From contig OZ245002.1 in assembly GCA_965223415.1 (NCBI GenBank), positions 4,288,001 through 4,352,000 of the forward strand: a stretch of 64,000 nucleotides of DNA, written 5' to 3'. Below, one piece after another: positions 17,595-28,171 of the stretch; positions within the stretch are counted from its first letter, which is position 1; each line of letters opens with the position of its first letter. This DNA comes from Myxococcota bacterium. GTDB taxonomy: Bacteria > Myxococcota_A > UBA9160 > UBA6930. The notes beneath the pieces are model-generated. The model did no database searches. It had not been told where the DNA came from and saw only the letters and a program-made list of their open reading frames with translations. A program made the translations under genes and the position numbers.

Positions 17595-18418
17595 CGACGG
17601 TCGGCCTCCTCCATCCCGGCGAGATGGGCGCGAGCCTCGCAGCGGCGGCGCGGAAGGCGGGCCACCGGGTCGTGGTGGCGCTCCGGGGCCGCAGTGCCGC
17701 TACCAAGGATCGCGCGGACGCCGCGGGTGTGGAGGATCTCGGCGAGCTCGCGCGGCTCGGCGCGGAGAGCGACGTGATCGCGAGCGTGTGTCCGCCCCAC
17801 GCGGCCGCCGACGTGCTGGAGGCGGCCCTGGCCGCGGGCTTCGGCGGGCTCTACCTCGACGCCAACGCCATCGCGCCAGCGACCGCTCGCGCCCTGGCCC
17901 GTCGTTGCCAAGGACGTGTGCGCTTCGTGGACGGCGGCATCATCGGTCCGCCGGCTACACCTCGTTTCCATCTCTCCGGGCCCGACGCCGAGGCGGTCGC
18001 AGGGTGCTTCGACGCCGAGCCGGTCCGCGTGCAGGTCGTCTCGGGGGAGGTCGGCGCGGCCTCCGCCCTGAAGATGGCCTTCGCGGCCTGGACGAAGGGC
18101 AGCGGCGCGCTCCTGGCGGCGACCTTCGCCCTGGCATCCGCCGAGGGCGTGGAGGACGCGTTGCGCGAGGAGTGGGAGGCCCTGGTGCCCGATCTGCCCG
18201 GGCGCCTCGAGCGGGGCGTCCCGGCCACCGCGCCGAAGGCCTGGCGCTTCGAGGGCGAGATGCGCGAGATCGCGTCCGCCTTCGCCGCGGTGGACCTGCC
18301 CCAGGGCTTTCACGAGGCGGCCGCCGAGGTCTACCGGCGCCTCGGCCCCTTCAAGGACGGCGCCGAGCCGCCGCCGCTCCCGCGCCTCGTCGCGGCCCTG
18401 CGCGACGGCGGGGAGTGA
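17591..18418 (+). CDS. NAD(P)-dependent oxidoreductase with DUF1932 (6PGD-like) domain
   Basis: [39 protein letters not shown] overlap. Confidence 0.85.
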   Translation: MTTVGLLHPGEMGASLAAAARKAGHRVVVALRGRSAATKDRADAAGVEDLGELARLGAESDVIASVCPPHAAADVLEAALAAGFGGLYLDANAIAPATARALARRCQGRVRFVDGGIIGPPATPRFHLSGPDAEAVAGCFDAEPVRVQVVSGEVGAASALKMAFAAWTKGSGALLAATFALASAEGVEDALREEWEALVPDLPGRLERGVPATAPKAWRFEGEMREIASAFAAVDLPQGFHEAAAEVYRRLGPFKDGAEPPPLPRLVAALRDGGE

Positions 18419-18459
18419 TACCCTCTCCCCCCCGTTTCTCTGGTGAGGATCCCGGCCCG

Positions 18460-19149
18460 ATGATCGATCTCTACACCGCCCCGACCCCGAACGGCTGGAA
18501 GGTGTCGATCACCCTCGAGGAGCTGGCACTGCCCTACGCGGTGCACGGGATCGACCTGACCGCGAACCAGCAGAAGGAGCCCTGGTTCCTGGAGATCAAC
18601 CCGAACGGGCGCATCCCGGCGATCGTCGATCGGGATGCCGGCGACTTCCCGGTCTTCGAGTCCGGAGCCATCATGCTCTACCTGGCCGAGAAGGCCGCCG
18701 ACGGGCGTCTCCTGCCGACGGATCCGGCCGGCCGCTCCCGGGTGATGCAGTGGCTGATGTTCCAGATGGGCGGCGTCGGGCCGATGCAGGGCCAGGCCAA
18801 CGTCTTCTTCCGCTACTTCCCGGAGAAGCTGCCGGCGGCGATCGCCCGCTACCAGAACGAGACCCGGCGGCTCTACGGCGTGCTCGACGCCCAGCTCGCC
18901 CGGGGCGAGTGGCTGGCCGGCGAGTACAGCCTCGCCGACATCGCCAACTTCAGCTGGGTGCGCATTCGCGGCTGGTCCGGCATCGATTGCTCTGGCATGC
19001 CGAACCTCGAGCGTTGGATCCTGGCCATGGAGGAGCGTCCGGCGGTCCAGGCCGGCCTGGCCGTACCCCAGCCCCTCGAGTTCCCGACCGACGACGACGC
19101 GGCCCTGGAGCGCACCGCGGCGGGCGCCCGGAAGATCCTCCAGCAATGA
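18460..19149 (+). CDS. Glutathione S-transferase, nu-class (YfcG/YghU-like)
   Basis: [36 protein letters not shown]. Confidence 0.92.
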   Translation: MIDLYTAPTPNGWKVSITLEELALPYAVHGIDLTANQQKEPWFLEINPNGRIPAIVDRDAGDFPVFESGAIMLYLAEKAADGRLLPTDPAGRSRVMQWLMFQMGGVGPMQGQANVFFRYFPEKLPAAIARYQNETRRLYGVLDAQLARGEWLAGEYSLADIANFSWVRIRGWSGIDCSGMPNLERWILAMEERPAVQAGLAVPQPLEFPTDDDAALERTAAGARKILQQ

Positions 19150-19192
19150 CGTCCCGCGCGATGATCGCCGGCGGTCGGCCCGCCTGAGCGAC

Positions 19193-20053
19193 GTGCTGCG
19201 CCTGCTCGTGCTGGACGCCTACGCCCGGGAGGGCCGGGCGGACCTCACTTCCGCCGGGGCTAGCGAAGCCGGCGCCCTCTATGCCCGTCGCCTTCGCGAG
19301 CTGCGACCCGACGCGCAGGTCGACGTCGGCTTCCCCGCCGATCCGGACTGGGCTCCCCCCGACGCCCTGGCCGGCAACGACGGCATGCTCTGGACCGGCT
19401 CGAGCCTCACGATCCACGACGCGCGCGACGAGCGGGTGACCCGCCAGATCGAGCTCGCTCGCCGGGGCTTCGAGGCCGGCGTGCCGGCCCACGGGAGCTG
19501 CTTCGCGGCCCAGCTCTCGGTGGTGGCTGCGGGCGGGGCGTGTGCGCGCCATCCGGAGGGTCGCGAGTTCGGCGTGTCGCGGAAGATCGGCCTCACGGCA
19601 GCCGGTGCCGGTCACCCGATGTTCGTCGGCAAGCCCGCCGTGTTCGACGCCCTGACCAGTCACGAGGACGAGATCGTGACCCTGCCGCCCGGAGCCGTCA
19701 CCCTGGCGAGCAACCGCTGGAGCGCCGTGCAGGCGGTGGCCGTGGAGCACCGGGGCGGGCGCTTCTGGGCCGTCCAGTACCATCCGGAGTACGACCTGCA
19801 CGAGATCGCTCGTCAGGCCCGGCTACGAGCGCCCGGTCTGGTTGCCCAGGGGCGTTTCGCCAACGAGGCGGCCGCCCTCCGCTGGGGTGACGATCTCGAG
19901 ACGCTGCACGCCGATTCCTCGCGCCGTGACCTCGCATGGCGCCATGGCCTCGACGCCGACGTCCTCGACCCGGGCGTGCGTCTCCGGGAGCTGGCCAACT
20001 GGCTCGCGCGGGAAGTGGAGCCGCGGGCGCGCCGGCGCGTCGGGGGGTCGTGA
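19193..20053 (+). CDS. Class I glutamine amidotransferase-like protein
   Basis: WTGS, GSCFAAQ (nucleophile Cys), QYHPEY. Confidence 0.87.
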   Translation: MLRLLVLDAYAREGRADLTSAGASEAGALYARRLRELRPDAQVDVGFPADPDWAPPDALAGNDGMLWTGSSLTIHDARDERVTRQIELARRGFEAGVPAHGSCFAAQLSVVAAGGACARHPEGREFGVSRKIGLTAAGAGHPMFVGKPAVFDALTSHEDEIVTLPPGAVTLASNRWSAVQAVAVEHRGGRFWAVQYHPEYDLHEIARQARLRAPGLVAQGRFANEAAALRWGDDLETLHADSSRRDLAWRHGLDADVLDPGVRLRELANWLAREVEPRARRRVGGS

Positions 20054-20066
20054 TAGGCTCCCGGCC

Positions 20067-20819
20067 ATGAGCGACCTCCACGTCGAGCTTCAAGACCGCC
20101 TCGCCGAAGTCGAGATCCGTCGCGGCCCGGCGAACTTCTTCGACACCGCACTGATCCGCGCGCTGGCCGACACCTTCCACGAGCTCGCAGCGGACGATCG
20201 CTGCCGCGCCATCGTGCTCTGCTCCGAGGGCAAGCACTTCTGCGCCGGCGCGGATTTCGGCGGCGGCGGACGGCGGGACGAGACCGGCGATCTCTATGCC
20301 GAAGCGGTGCGCCTCTTCGCGGCCCCGCTGCCCTTCCTCGCGGCCGTCCAGGGCGCCGCCGTCGGCGGAGGCCTGGGCCTCGCGCTGGCCGCAGACCTGC
20401 GGGTGGCGTGCCCCGAGGCGCGCTTCACGGCGAACTTCGCCCGGCTGGGCTTCCACCACGGCTTCGGTCTCAGCGTCACCCTACCGGCCTTGGTCGGGCA
20501 GGGTGCGGCGATGGAGCTCCTCTACACCGGCCGCCGCGTGAAGGGCGACGAAGCGCTCTCCCTCGGGCTCTGCGATCGCCTCGTTCCCCGGGAAGAGCTC
20601 CGCGGGGCCGCCCGCGCCCTCGCCCGGGAGATCGCGACCTCCGCGCCCCTGGCGGTTCGCTCGATCCGCGCCACCCTGCGCGGCGACCTTGCCGAGCGCA
20701 TCCGCAAGGCCACGGCCCACGAGCAGGCGGAGCAGGAGCGCTTGCGGCAGACCGCCGACTTCCGCGAAGGTGTGAAGGCGATGGGAGAGCGCCGGGAGCC
20801 TCGCTTCGAGGGGAAGTGA
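20067..20819 (+). CDS. Enoyl-CoA hydratase/isomerase family protein
   Basis: FCAGAD, GAAVGGGLGLALAAD, DFREG. Confidence 0.92.
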   Translation: MSDLHVELQDRLAEVEIRRGPANFFDTALIRALADTFHELAADDRCRAIVLCSEGKHFCAGADFGGGGRRDETGDLYAEAVRLFAAPLPFLAAVQGAAVGGGLGLALAADLRVACPEARFTANFARLGFHHGFGLSVTLPALVGQGAAMELLYTGRRVKGDEALSLGLCDRLVPREELRGAARALAREIATSAPLAVRSIRATLRGDLAERIRKATAHEQAEQERLRQTADFREGVKAMGERREPRFEGK

Positions 20820-20871
20820 CCCGGCCGCCTCCTTTCGCTGGGAGCGACATGACGTTCGGTGCACGACTCCG

Positions 20872-21441
20872 ATGACGCGGCTCACGGTGATGCTGGCGGC
20901 GTTCCTCGCCGCGCTGATCGGCGTCTTCTTCCTGGCGGCGGTCACTCACCGCGGCGGGCCGCCGCTGTTCATCATCCACCACGACGTGGAGATCGACGCC
21001 CCCGCCGATTCCGTGTGGGCGATCCTCAACGACGCGGCGGCCCATCCCACCTGGAATCCCTACGTGCTCGAGATCGACGGCGTGCTCCAGCCCGGCGAGA
21101 CCCTGCGCGTGCGGATCGCCCAGGACGACTGGTCCCAGCCCCGGGACGTGACGGCGCGGGTGATGCGCGCCGGCGACAGCGAGCTTCGCTGGCGGGGCAC
21201 GGTCGGCATCGAGGGCGTGTTCGATACCGAGCACTCGTTCCAAGTCGTCTCCCTGGAGGCTGGGCGATCGCGCTTCGTGCAGCGGGAGGAGTTCCGCGGC
21301 TGGCTGGCGGCGCTGCTCCGGGCGCGCAGGCCGGAGGAGGATCCGGTGCTTCCGGGAACGGCCCGGGCCTTCGAGGCCATGAACCTCGCCCTGAAGGAGC
21401 GCGCCGAGGTGCTCCGGGAGCAGGAGAAAGGAAGCCCATGA
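20872..21441 (+). CDS. SRPBCC/START-fold protein with N-terminal TM
   Basis: VEIDAPADSVWAIL...WNPY, ELRWRG, FVQREEFRG, FEAMNLALKERAE. Confidence 0.82.
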   Translation: MTRLTVMLAAFLAALIGVFFLAAVTHRGGPPLFIIHHDVEIDAPADSVWAILNDAAAHPTWNPYVLEIDGVLQPGETLRVRIAQDDWSQPRDVTARVMRAGDSELRWRGTVGIEGVFDTEHSFQVVSLEAGRSRFVQREEFRGWLAALLRARRPEEDPVLPGTARAFEAMNLALKERAEVLREQEKGSP

Positions 21442-21869
21442 GGACCGGAAGCTGCCTGTGCGGCGGCGTGCGTTTCGAGATCACCCGGGAGCTCACACCC
21501 ATCCAGGCCTGCCACGCCCGGCGCTGCCGCCGGGCCGGCGGAGGCGCCTTCGCCCCCGAGGCCGGCGTGGGAGAGGACGCCTTCCGCTGGCTCGCCGGCG
21601 AGGAGCTCGTCACGACCTACGAGGCGCCGATCCTCGAGTTGCCTCCGGCCTACCGGCGTGCCTTCTGTCGCGTCTGCGGCTCACCCGCGCCGCTCGTGTA
21701 CCCGGCGATCGGCGGGGTCGGAATCCCGCCGGGTGCCCTCGACGACGAGACGGGCCTCGCGATCTCCCACCACGCGTTCGTCGACCAGAAGGCGCCGTGG
21801 TTCTCCATCACCGACGGCCTGCCCCGGCACGGGATGCGGCCGCCGCGACCGGTGCACGAGCAGTCATAG
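21438..21869 (+). CDS. GFA (Mss4-like Zn-binding) family protein
   Basis: GSCLCGGVRF, CH-x-x-x-CRR (one Cys replaced), FCRVCGS. Confidence 0.87.
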   Translation: MRTGSCLCGGVRFEITRELTPIQACHARRCRRAGGGAFAPEAGVGEDAFRWLAGEELVTTYEAPILELPPAYRRAFCRVCGSPAPLVYPAIGGVGIPPGALDDETGLAISHHAFVDQKAPWFSITDGLPRHGMRPPRPVHEQS

Positions 21870-22373
21870 AAGGGTGCGGTAGCGCACCTCGAAGACGCCG
21901 GGGCCGAGCCAGTCCGGCTTGTCCAGGCGGGCGCCGTCCGCGGCGAGGCCGTGTCGCTCATAGAAGCGGCGCGCTGGCGTGTTCGCTTCGAGCACCCAGA
22001 GGAGCAGGCCGCGGTAGGCCCGAGACCTCGCGAAGTCCAGGGCATCGGAGAAGAGGGCGTGCCCGAGGCCGGTGGCCGTCTCGTCGGGAGACACGTAGAG
22101 ATGGGTCACCTCGGCGAAGCCGGCTGGCGGGGCGGCGAGGTCGCGTGCGGGGGACAGACGGCAAGAGCCCCGCACGGCTCCCTTTTCGTGGGCGATCCGG
22201 ACGCGCACGCCTTCCCCTTGGATCCACTCCCGCCAGTGGGGCACCCGATCCTCGGCGCGGAGCGCGTCCAGGCGCGCGTCGTCGATGATGCCCCGGTAGG
22301 CCCGCTGCCAGCTCGCGACGTGCACGCGGGCGATGGCCGGGGCGTCGCCTTCGTCCGCTGCCCGGAGCTGCAT
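21864..22373 (-). CDS. GNAT family N-acetyltransferase
   Basis: IARVHVASWQRAYRGI, LYVSP...GLG, WVLEAN.PARRFYERHG. Confidence 0.9.
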   Translation of the reverse strand: MQLRAADEGDAPAIARVHVASWQRAYRGIIDDARLDALRAEDRVPHWREWIQGEGVRVRIAHEKGAVRGSCRLSPARDLAAPPAGFAEVTHLYVSPDETATGLGHALFSDALDFARSRAYRGLLLWVLEANTPARRFYERHGLAADGARLDKPDWLGPGVFEVRYRTLL

Positions 22374-22375
22374 CG

Positions 22376-23455
22376 CTAGCCGAGGCGCAGGGCCAGGGCG
22401 TCCTCCCAGCCGAAGTCGAAGCGGCGCGTCTCGTGGAGGCCCGTGTCGTGGAACCAGCGCCAGGTGTGCTCGACGGCGGCGGGGAAGGGGATCTCGGGCT
22501 CCCAGCCCACGTCGCGCCGGAGCCGCTCGATGCCGAACAGCACGTTGCGGTTCCAGCGGTGGATGTTCGGGGCGATGTGCTGCACGAGGCACGAGAGCAT
22601 AAAGCGGTTGGTGAAGACGTGGTCGGCCGCCGGCGCCGTGCGCGTATCGACGTTCGCCTTCGGGAGGGCCGTCTGCATCGGGACACGCCCGTCGAAGAGG
22701 TCGTCCATCAGGGCCGCGGGAAGGAAGCGCTTGTCGGCCGGGGCGCCGAGGATCTCGGCGAAAAGGTCGACGTAGCCCTCGGAGGTGAAGGAGTCGCTGC
22801 CGGTCAGGTTGTAGCGCTTGCCGACGGTGATCGGCTGACCGAGCACGGCGTGGATGGCCCGGGCCTGGTCGTCCACGTGGCCCACCTGGGCGATCTTCGT
22901 GCCGTCGCCGGGGATCAGGACGGGCCGGCCCTGGAGGAGCCGCGCGAACATGCGCTGCTCTCGGTCGGGCAGGATGTTGTTCGGGCCGAAGACCATCGAG
23001 AGCGCCACCACGGTGGCGGGGAAGCCGTTCTCCCGCTGCTGGCGGAAGAGGAAGTCCTCGCAGGCGAGCTTCTGCAGGCCGTACTCGTTCTGCCGCTCGC
23101 TGCGGTCCACGGGGAAGCGCTCGGTGATCGGCAGCAGCTCCGAGGCGGCGTAGATGACCGTGGAGCTGATGAAGACGTAGTGGCCGGTGCGGCCGCGAAG
23201 CAGCTCGGCCATGCGCTGCACGTCTTCGAGCCGGTACGCGCTGACGTCCACCACCGCATCCCACTCCTCGCGGCCGAGGGCCTCGCCCAGGGCGGCGGCA
23301 TCCGTGCGATCCGCGAAGAGGCGGGCCACGCCGCGGGGCAGGTCGGCCTCGGTCTTCCCGCGATTGAGGACCGTGACCGCGTGGCCGTGCTTCGCGAGCT
23401 CGCGCACGACGGCGAGGCCGTTGAACATCGTCCCGCCCATTACGAGCACCTTCAT
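22376..23455 (-). CDS. NAD-dependent epimerase/dehydratase family protein
   Basis: MKVLVMGGTMFNG, FISST, YGLQK. Confidence 0.88.
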   Translation of the reverse strand: MKVLVMGGTMFNGLAVVRELAKHGHAVTVLNRGKTEADLPRGVARLFADRTDAAALGEALGREEWDAVVDVSAYRLEDVQRMAELLRGRTGHYVFISSTVIYAASELLPITERFPVDRSERQNEYGLQKLACEDFLFRQQRENGFPATVVALSMVFGPNNILPDREQRMFARLLQGRPVLIPGDGTKIAQVGHVDDQARAIHAVLGQPITVGKRYNLTGSDSFTSEGYVDLFAEILGAPADKRFLPAALMDDLFDGRVPMQTALPKANVDTRTAPAADHVFTNRFMLSCLVQHIAPNIHRWNRNVLFGIERLRRDVGWEPEIPFPAAVEHTWRWFHDTGLHETRRFDFGWEDALALRLG

Positions 23456-23973
23456 GCGTCGTCCCCTCGCGTCTCCAGGTGGTCGATCCGGCTGCCGAGC
23501 ACTCCGGGCATGTACTCGATCAGCTCGACGATCAGGCCGTCCGGATCCCGGCAGCACACCACCGCCTCAACGCCGGTGTGGGGCTCGGGGCCCCGGGGCT
23601 CCGTGAGGAAGGTGATGCCCTTCGCGCGCAGCTCTTCGTAGGCCCGGCGGACGCCGTGGGTGCGCAGGGCGATGATCCGCGGCACCCGGTCCTCGATCGG
23701 ACGCGCGCTCGGGGGCTCCGGCTCGGGCCGGAGCCACTCGATGAGATCGAGGCGGGTGTGCAGCTCGCCGTCGTCCACCGCCAGGAGCGCGCCCCGGCCC
23801 TGGGCCTCGCGCAGGCCGAACTGGGTGGCCACGTAGTCGGGCCACACCACGTCCCGGTTGTCGCGCAGGACCTTGAAGCCCAGCGCCTCGTAGAAGGCGA
23901 GGGAGCGCTCGAAGTTCGTCGCGCTCACCGTGAAGTGGAAGATGGACCGAAGCTCCCAGTCTCTCTCGCTCAA
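23452..23973 (-). CDS. VOC/glyoxalase family protein
   Basis: FHFTVSATNFERSLAFYE...DPDGLIVELIE; TTG start after GGAGGGAG (start uncertain). Confidence 0.85.
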   Translation of the reverse strand: MSERDWELRSIFHFTVSATNFERSLAFYEALGFKVLRDNRDVVWPDYVATQFGLREAQGRGALLAVDDGELHTRLDLIEWLRPEPEPPSARPIEDRVPRIIALRTHGVRRAYEELRAKGITFLTEPRGPEPHTGVEAVVCCRDPDGLIVELIEYMPGVLGSRIDHLETRGDDA

Positions 23974-24059
23974 CAGAAGCTCCCTCCGCTTGTGGTGGAC
24001 CCGAATCGCCGGCATGATGCCGCTTCCCGGGCGCGTCGCCCACCGCAGGAGGAGCCCCC

Positions 24060-24992
24060 ATGGACTGGCCCTCGGCCGACCAGATCGCCGCGATCTTCGA
24101 GAAAGTGAAGAACTGGGGGCGCTGGGGCGCCGACGACGAGGCCGGCGCCCTGAACCTGATCACCCCGGAGCGGCGTCGCGCGGCCGCCGCCTGTGCCGTC
24201 GCCGGCGAGACCGTCAGCTGCGCGAGGGAGCTGCCGGTGATCCCGTCGGTGGAGAACCCGAACCCGGCCCTCCACATGATGCTCGTGGCCGGCGACGACT
24301 GCGTGCTCCCCGGCATCGGGCTGGAGACCACGATGGACTTCGTTGGCGTCGCCTTCCACGGCATGGCCACGTCGCACATCGACGCGCTCTGCCACGTGTT
24401 CGTGAACGGCCAGATGTACAACGGCTTCGCCGCCGACGAGGTGAAGAGCACCGGCGCCCGGCGGGGCAGCATCATGTGCGCGAAAGAGGGTATCGTCGGC
24501 CGCGGCGTGCTGCTCGACATCCCGCGCCTGCGAGGCACGAGCTGGCTCGAGCCGAACGACTGGATCCCCGTGGAGGAGCTCGAGGCCGCCGAGGCCGCTC
24601 AGGGCGTGACGGTGGGGGAGGGCGACATCCTGCTGGTCGCGACCGGCCGGGACGCCCGCCGCGAGAGCCAGGGGCCCTGGAGCCCGATCGAGGAGGGGCT
24701 GGCCGGCCTCCATCCCGAGTGCATCCCGTGGCTTCACGAGCGCGGCGTGGCGGTGCTCGGCTCCGACGGCGTGTCGGATCCGCTGCCGGGCAGCCCCCAG
24801 CCCGGCTGGCCCATGCCGGTGCACCAGTGCACCCTGGTCGCCATGGGCGTGCACCTGCTCGACAACCTCCGACTCGACGGCCTCGCCGAGGCCTGCGCTC
24901 GCCACGAGCGATGGAGCTTCCTGCTGAACGTGGCGCCGCTGCGGATCGACGGCGGCACCGGCTCTCCCGTCAACCCGATCGCGGTGCTCTAG
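24060..24992 (+). CDS. Cyclase family (kynurenine formamidase-like) metal hydrolase
   Basis: NWGRWG.DDE.G, HGMATSHIDALCH, GTGSPVNPIAVL. Confidence 0.9.
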   Translation: MDWPSADQIAAIFEKVKNWGRWGADDEAGALNLITPERRRAAAACAVAGETVSCARELPVIPSVENPNPALHMMLVAGDDCVLPGIGLETTMDFVGVAFHGMATSHIDALCHVFVNGQMYNGFAADEVKSTGARRGSIMCAKEGIVGRGVLLDIPRLRGTSWLEPNDWIPVEELEAAEAAQGVTVGEGDILLVATGRDARRESQGPWSPIEEGLAGLHPECIPWLHERGVAVLGSDGVSDPLPGSPQPGWPMPVHQCTLVAMGVHLLDNLRLDGLAEACARHERWSFLLNVAPLRIDGGTGSPVNPIAVL

Positions 24993-24994
24993 CC

Positions 24995-25750
24995 GTGTTC
25001 GATCTCACGGGACGGGTGGCGGTGGTGACCGGCGGCAACGGAGGCATCGGTCTCGGGTTGGCCCGGGGGCTGGCGAAGGCCGGTGCGGACCTCTCGATCT
25101 GGGCCCGAAACGCGGAGAAGAGCGCGGCGGCGAAAGAGGAGCTCGAGGGTCTCGGGGCCCGGGTGCAGACGCTCTCTTGCGACGTGGCGAGCCCCGAGGA
25201 CATCGCCCGGGCCGTGGAAGAGACCGTCAGCGGCCTGGGGAAGATCGACGCCTGCTTCGCCAACGCCGGCTTCGGCCACATGGCCTCGTCGCTCAAGATC
25301 TCGCCGGAGGAGTGGCACCGGGTCACCTCCGTCGATCTCGACGGCGTGTTCTTCACCTTCCGCGAGGTCGCGAAGCACATGATCGAGCGGGGCGAGGGAG
25401 GCAAGCTCGTCGCAATCGGGTCGATCGGCGAGATCTATGGCATGGCCCGCCAGGTGCCGTACTCGGCGAGCAAGGCCGCCCTGGGCGGGATCGTTCGCTC
25501 GCTGGCGGTCGAGTGGGGCAAGCACGACATCCAGGTGAACCTGCTCGTTCCGGGCTGGATCGACACCGATGCGACCCGTCCCATGATCGAATGGGAGGCC
25601 CTCGACAAGACCATCCGCCACCGCACGCCGGCGAACCGATGGGGAACGCCGGAGGACTTCGAAGGCATCGCCGTCTACCTCGCCTCGGAGGCGTCCCGCT
25701 TCCACACGGCGGACACCATTCGCGTCGACGGCGGCTACTCCGTCTTCTGA
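24995..25750 (+). CDS. SDR family oxidoreductase (KduD-like)
   Basis: FDLTGRVAVVTGGNGGIG, YSASK, VDGGYS. Confidence 0.92.
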   Translation: MFDLTGRVAVVTGGNGGIGLGLARGLAKAGADLSIWARNAEKSAAAKEELEGLGARVQTLSCDVASPEDIARAVEETVSGLGKIDACFANAGFGHMASSLKISPEEWHRVTSVDLDGVFFTFREVAKHMIERGEGGKLVAIGSIGEIYGMARQVPYSASKAALGGIVRSLAVEWGKHDIQVNLLVPGWIDTDATRPMIEWEALDKTIRHRTPANRWGTPEDFEGIAVYLASEASRFHTADTIRVDGGYSVF

Positions 25751-25757
25751 TCCGTCG

Positions 25758-25967
25758 TCAGACGACTCGCTCGCCGTCCCGCAGCACCTGGATGGCGAAG
25801 TGGGGGCAGGCGCGGGCGGCCTCGACGATCCGGGCATCCGGGTCGTCGCCCGCGCCGCGGACCACGGCCCGATCGGCGTCGTCGAGGGCGAAGCTCCCCG
25901 GCGCGCGGAAGACACACTCGCCGGCGCCCCGGCAGGCCTCGCGGTCGATGCGGATCTCGAGCGGCAT
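25758..25967 (-). CDS. Small ferredoxin, [3Fe-4S]-type
   Basis: CRGAGEC...ACP (C-x2-A-x2-C-xn-CP). Confidence 0.88.
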   Translation of the reverse strand: MPLEIRIDREACRGAGECVFRAPGSFALDDADRAVVRGAGDDPDARIVEAARACPHFAIQVLRDGERVV

Positions 25968-25986
25968 CGCGCGTAGCATACCGGCC
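25968..25986. promoter_or_regulatory. Bidirectional leaderless promoter (overlapping -10 boxes)
   Basis: TAGCATA reads TAGCAT on + (7 nt to ATG 25987) and TATGCT on - (7 nt to ATG 25967). Confidence 0.65.
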
Positions 25987-26586
25987 ATGGACGTGATCGA
26001 AGCGATGGAGACGTGCCGGGCGATCCGCTACCTGAAGCCGGATCCGGTGCCGGAGGCCCTGCTGCGCAAGCTCGTCTACGCGGCGACCCGCGCGTCGAAC
26101 CCGGGCAACAGTCAGGGCTGGGAGTTCGTCGTGCTCCGGGACCCGGCGAAGAAGCGGCGCATCCAGGAGGCCCTCGAGGGGACGATGGCGCCGGCCATCG
26201 AGAACCTCGGCGCCGACGAGACCGATCCGGTTCAGCGCCGCGTGCTGGCCGGCGCGGGTCACCTCATCCGCCACCTCGACCAGGTGCCGGTGCTCGTCTT
26301 CGTGTGCGGGCGCCTCGTCTACCCGCCCCAGGCGCCCAGCGAGCAGATGGTCTGGTCCGCGGTCTATCCGGCGGCCCAGAACCTGATCGTGGCCGCTCGC
26401 TCCCTCGGGCTCGGCTCCACCTTCACCACCTTCCACATGGCGGCAGAGGGGACCGTGCGGGAGGTGCTGGGCATTCCGGCCGAGGTTCGGATCGGGGTCA
26501 CCCTCGCCCTGGGCTATCCCGACCGTCCCTTCGGGCCGCTGGCGCGCAAGCCCGTCGACGACGTCCTGCACTGGGACGGTTGGTAG
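25987..26586 (+). CDS. Nitroreductase family protein
   Basis: CRAIRYLKPDPVP, ASNPGNSQGWEFVV, AAQNLIVAARSLGLGS. Confidence 0.92.
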   Translation: MDVIEAMETCRAIRYLKPDPVPEALLRKLVYAATRASNPGNSQGWEFVVLRDPAKKRRIQEALEGTMAPAIENLGADETDPVQRRVLAGAGHLIRHLDQVPVLVFVCGRLVYPPQAPSEQMVWSAVYPAAQNLIVAARSLGLGSTFTTFHMAAEGTVREVLGIPAEVRIGVTLALGYPDRPFGPLARKPVDDVLHWDGW

Positions 26587-26595
26587 GCTCGGACC

Positions 26596-28110
26596 GTGAC
26601 CGATGCCCTCATCGAACGCATCCTGCGCGCGCGGGTCTACGACGTCGCCCGGGAGACCCCGCTCGAGGATGCGCCGCGGCTCTCGGCGCGCTTCGGCGAG
26701 CGGGTGCTGCTGAAGCGCGAGGATCTCCAGCCGATCTTCTCCTTCAAGCTGCGCGGCGCGTACCACAAGATCTCCCAGCTTCCGCCCGACGAGGCCCGAC
26801 GCGGGCTCGTGGCTTGCTCCGCCGGCAACCACGCCCAGGGGGTGGCCCTTGCGGCCGCGCGCCTGGGTTTCCCGGCCACGATCGTCATGCCCCGCACCAC
26901 GCCCTCGATCAAGGTGCAGGCGGTGGACGCCCTGGGCGCGAAGGTCGAGCTCTTCGGCGACACGGTGGCCGATGCCGGCGAGCGGGCGGACGCCCTGGCC
27001 GCCGAGCACGGCTACGCCTTCGTCCACCCCTTCGACGATCCGGACGTGATCGCGGGCCAGGGCACGATCGGCATGGAGATCCTGCGCCAGCACCCGGACC
27101 CCATCGACGCGATCTTCGTGCCGGTGGGCGGCGCGGGCCTGCTGGCCGGCGTGCTCGCCTACGTGAAGTTCCTGCGCCCGGAGACCCGCGTCTTCGGGGT
27201 CGAGGCGGAGGATGCGGCGAGCCTGGCGGCCGCCCTCGCGGCGGGCCGGCCGGTCGCGCTTCCTCGGGTCGGTCTGTTCGTCGACGGCGCCGCGGTGCGC
27301 CAGGTCGGCCGTCTCCCCTTCGACATCGTCCAGGGCCGGGTCGATGGCGTGCTGCGGGTCGGCGTCGACGAGGTGTGCGCCGCGATCCAGGACCTCTTCG
27401 AGGAGACCCGGGTGCTGGCCGAGCCGGCCGGGGCACTGGCACTGGCCGGCATGAAGCGCTGGCTCGAGGAGAAGGGCGGCGGCCAGGGCCGGGCGCTGGT
27501 CGCGATCCAGAGCGGTGCCAACATCAACTTCCACCGCCTCCGGCACATCTCCGAGCGCGCCGAGCTGGGCGAGCACCGGGAGGCGATCCTCGCCGTGACC
27601 ATTCCCGAGCGGCCCGGGAGCTTCCGCGAGCTGTGTGGCGCCTTGCGGGACGCCAACGTGACCGAGTTCAACTACCGCCACGCCGACAGCCCGGAGGCCC
27701 ACGTGTTCGTCGGCGTCGCGCTGGGCCAGGGCGTCGCGCGGGAGGAGCTCGTGGGCGGCCTCCAGCGGGCGGGCTACGGCGTCGTCGACATGACCGAGAA
27801 CGAGATGGCACTCCTCCACACCCGCTTCATGGTGGGCGGCCGGGCCCCGGAGCTGGCCGACGAGCGCCTGCTGCGCTTCGAGTTCCCGGAGCGCCCGGGA
27901 GCCCTGGCCCGTTTCCTGGAGCTGATGGATCCGCGCTGGAACCTCTCGCTCTTCCACTACCGCAACCACGGCTCGGCGGTGGGCCGGGTACTGGCGGGGA
28001 TCCAGGTGCCGGCGGGGGAGGACGGAGGCTTCCGGCGCTATCTGGACGAGCTCGGCTACCCCTGGAGCGAGGAGACAGAGAATCCGGCCTATCGCCTCTT
28101 TCTTCGCTGA
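26596..28110 (+). CDS. ilvA: Threonine ammonia-lyase, biosynthetic
   Basis: LKREDLQPIFSFKLRGA, SAGNHAQGVA, two ACT-like regulatory repeats (IPERPGSF, FPERPGAL). Confidence 0.97.
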   Translation: MTDALIERILRARVYDVARETPLEDAPRLSARFGERVLLKREDLQPIFSFKLRGAYHKISQLPPDEARRGLVACSAGNHAQGVALAAARLGFPATIVMPRTTPSIKVQAVDALGAKVELFGDTVADAGERADALAAEHGYAFVHPFDDPDVIAGQGTIGMEILRQHPDPIDAIFVPVGGAGLLAGVLAYVKFLRPETRVFGVEAEDAASLAAALAAGRPVALPRVGLFVDGAAVRQVGRLPFDIVQGRVDGVLRVGVDEVCAAIQDLFEETRVLAEPAGALALAGMKRWLEEKGGGQGRALVAIQSGANINFHRLRHISERAELGEHREAILAVTIPERPGSFRELCGALRDANVTEFNYRHADSPEAHVFVGVALGQGVAREELVGGLQRAGYGVVDMTENEMALLHTRFMVGGRAPELADERLLRFEFPERPGALARFLELMDPRWNLSLFHYRNHGSAVGRVLAGIQVPAGEDGGFRRYLDELGYPWSEETENPAYRLFLR

Positions 28111-28171
28111 ACTCTCGCGGCGTTTACGGAGTCTTTACGCGGGATGCGAGGACACCGGTTAGGCTCGGAAC

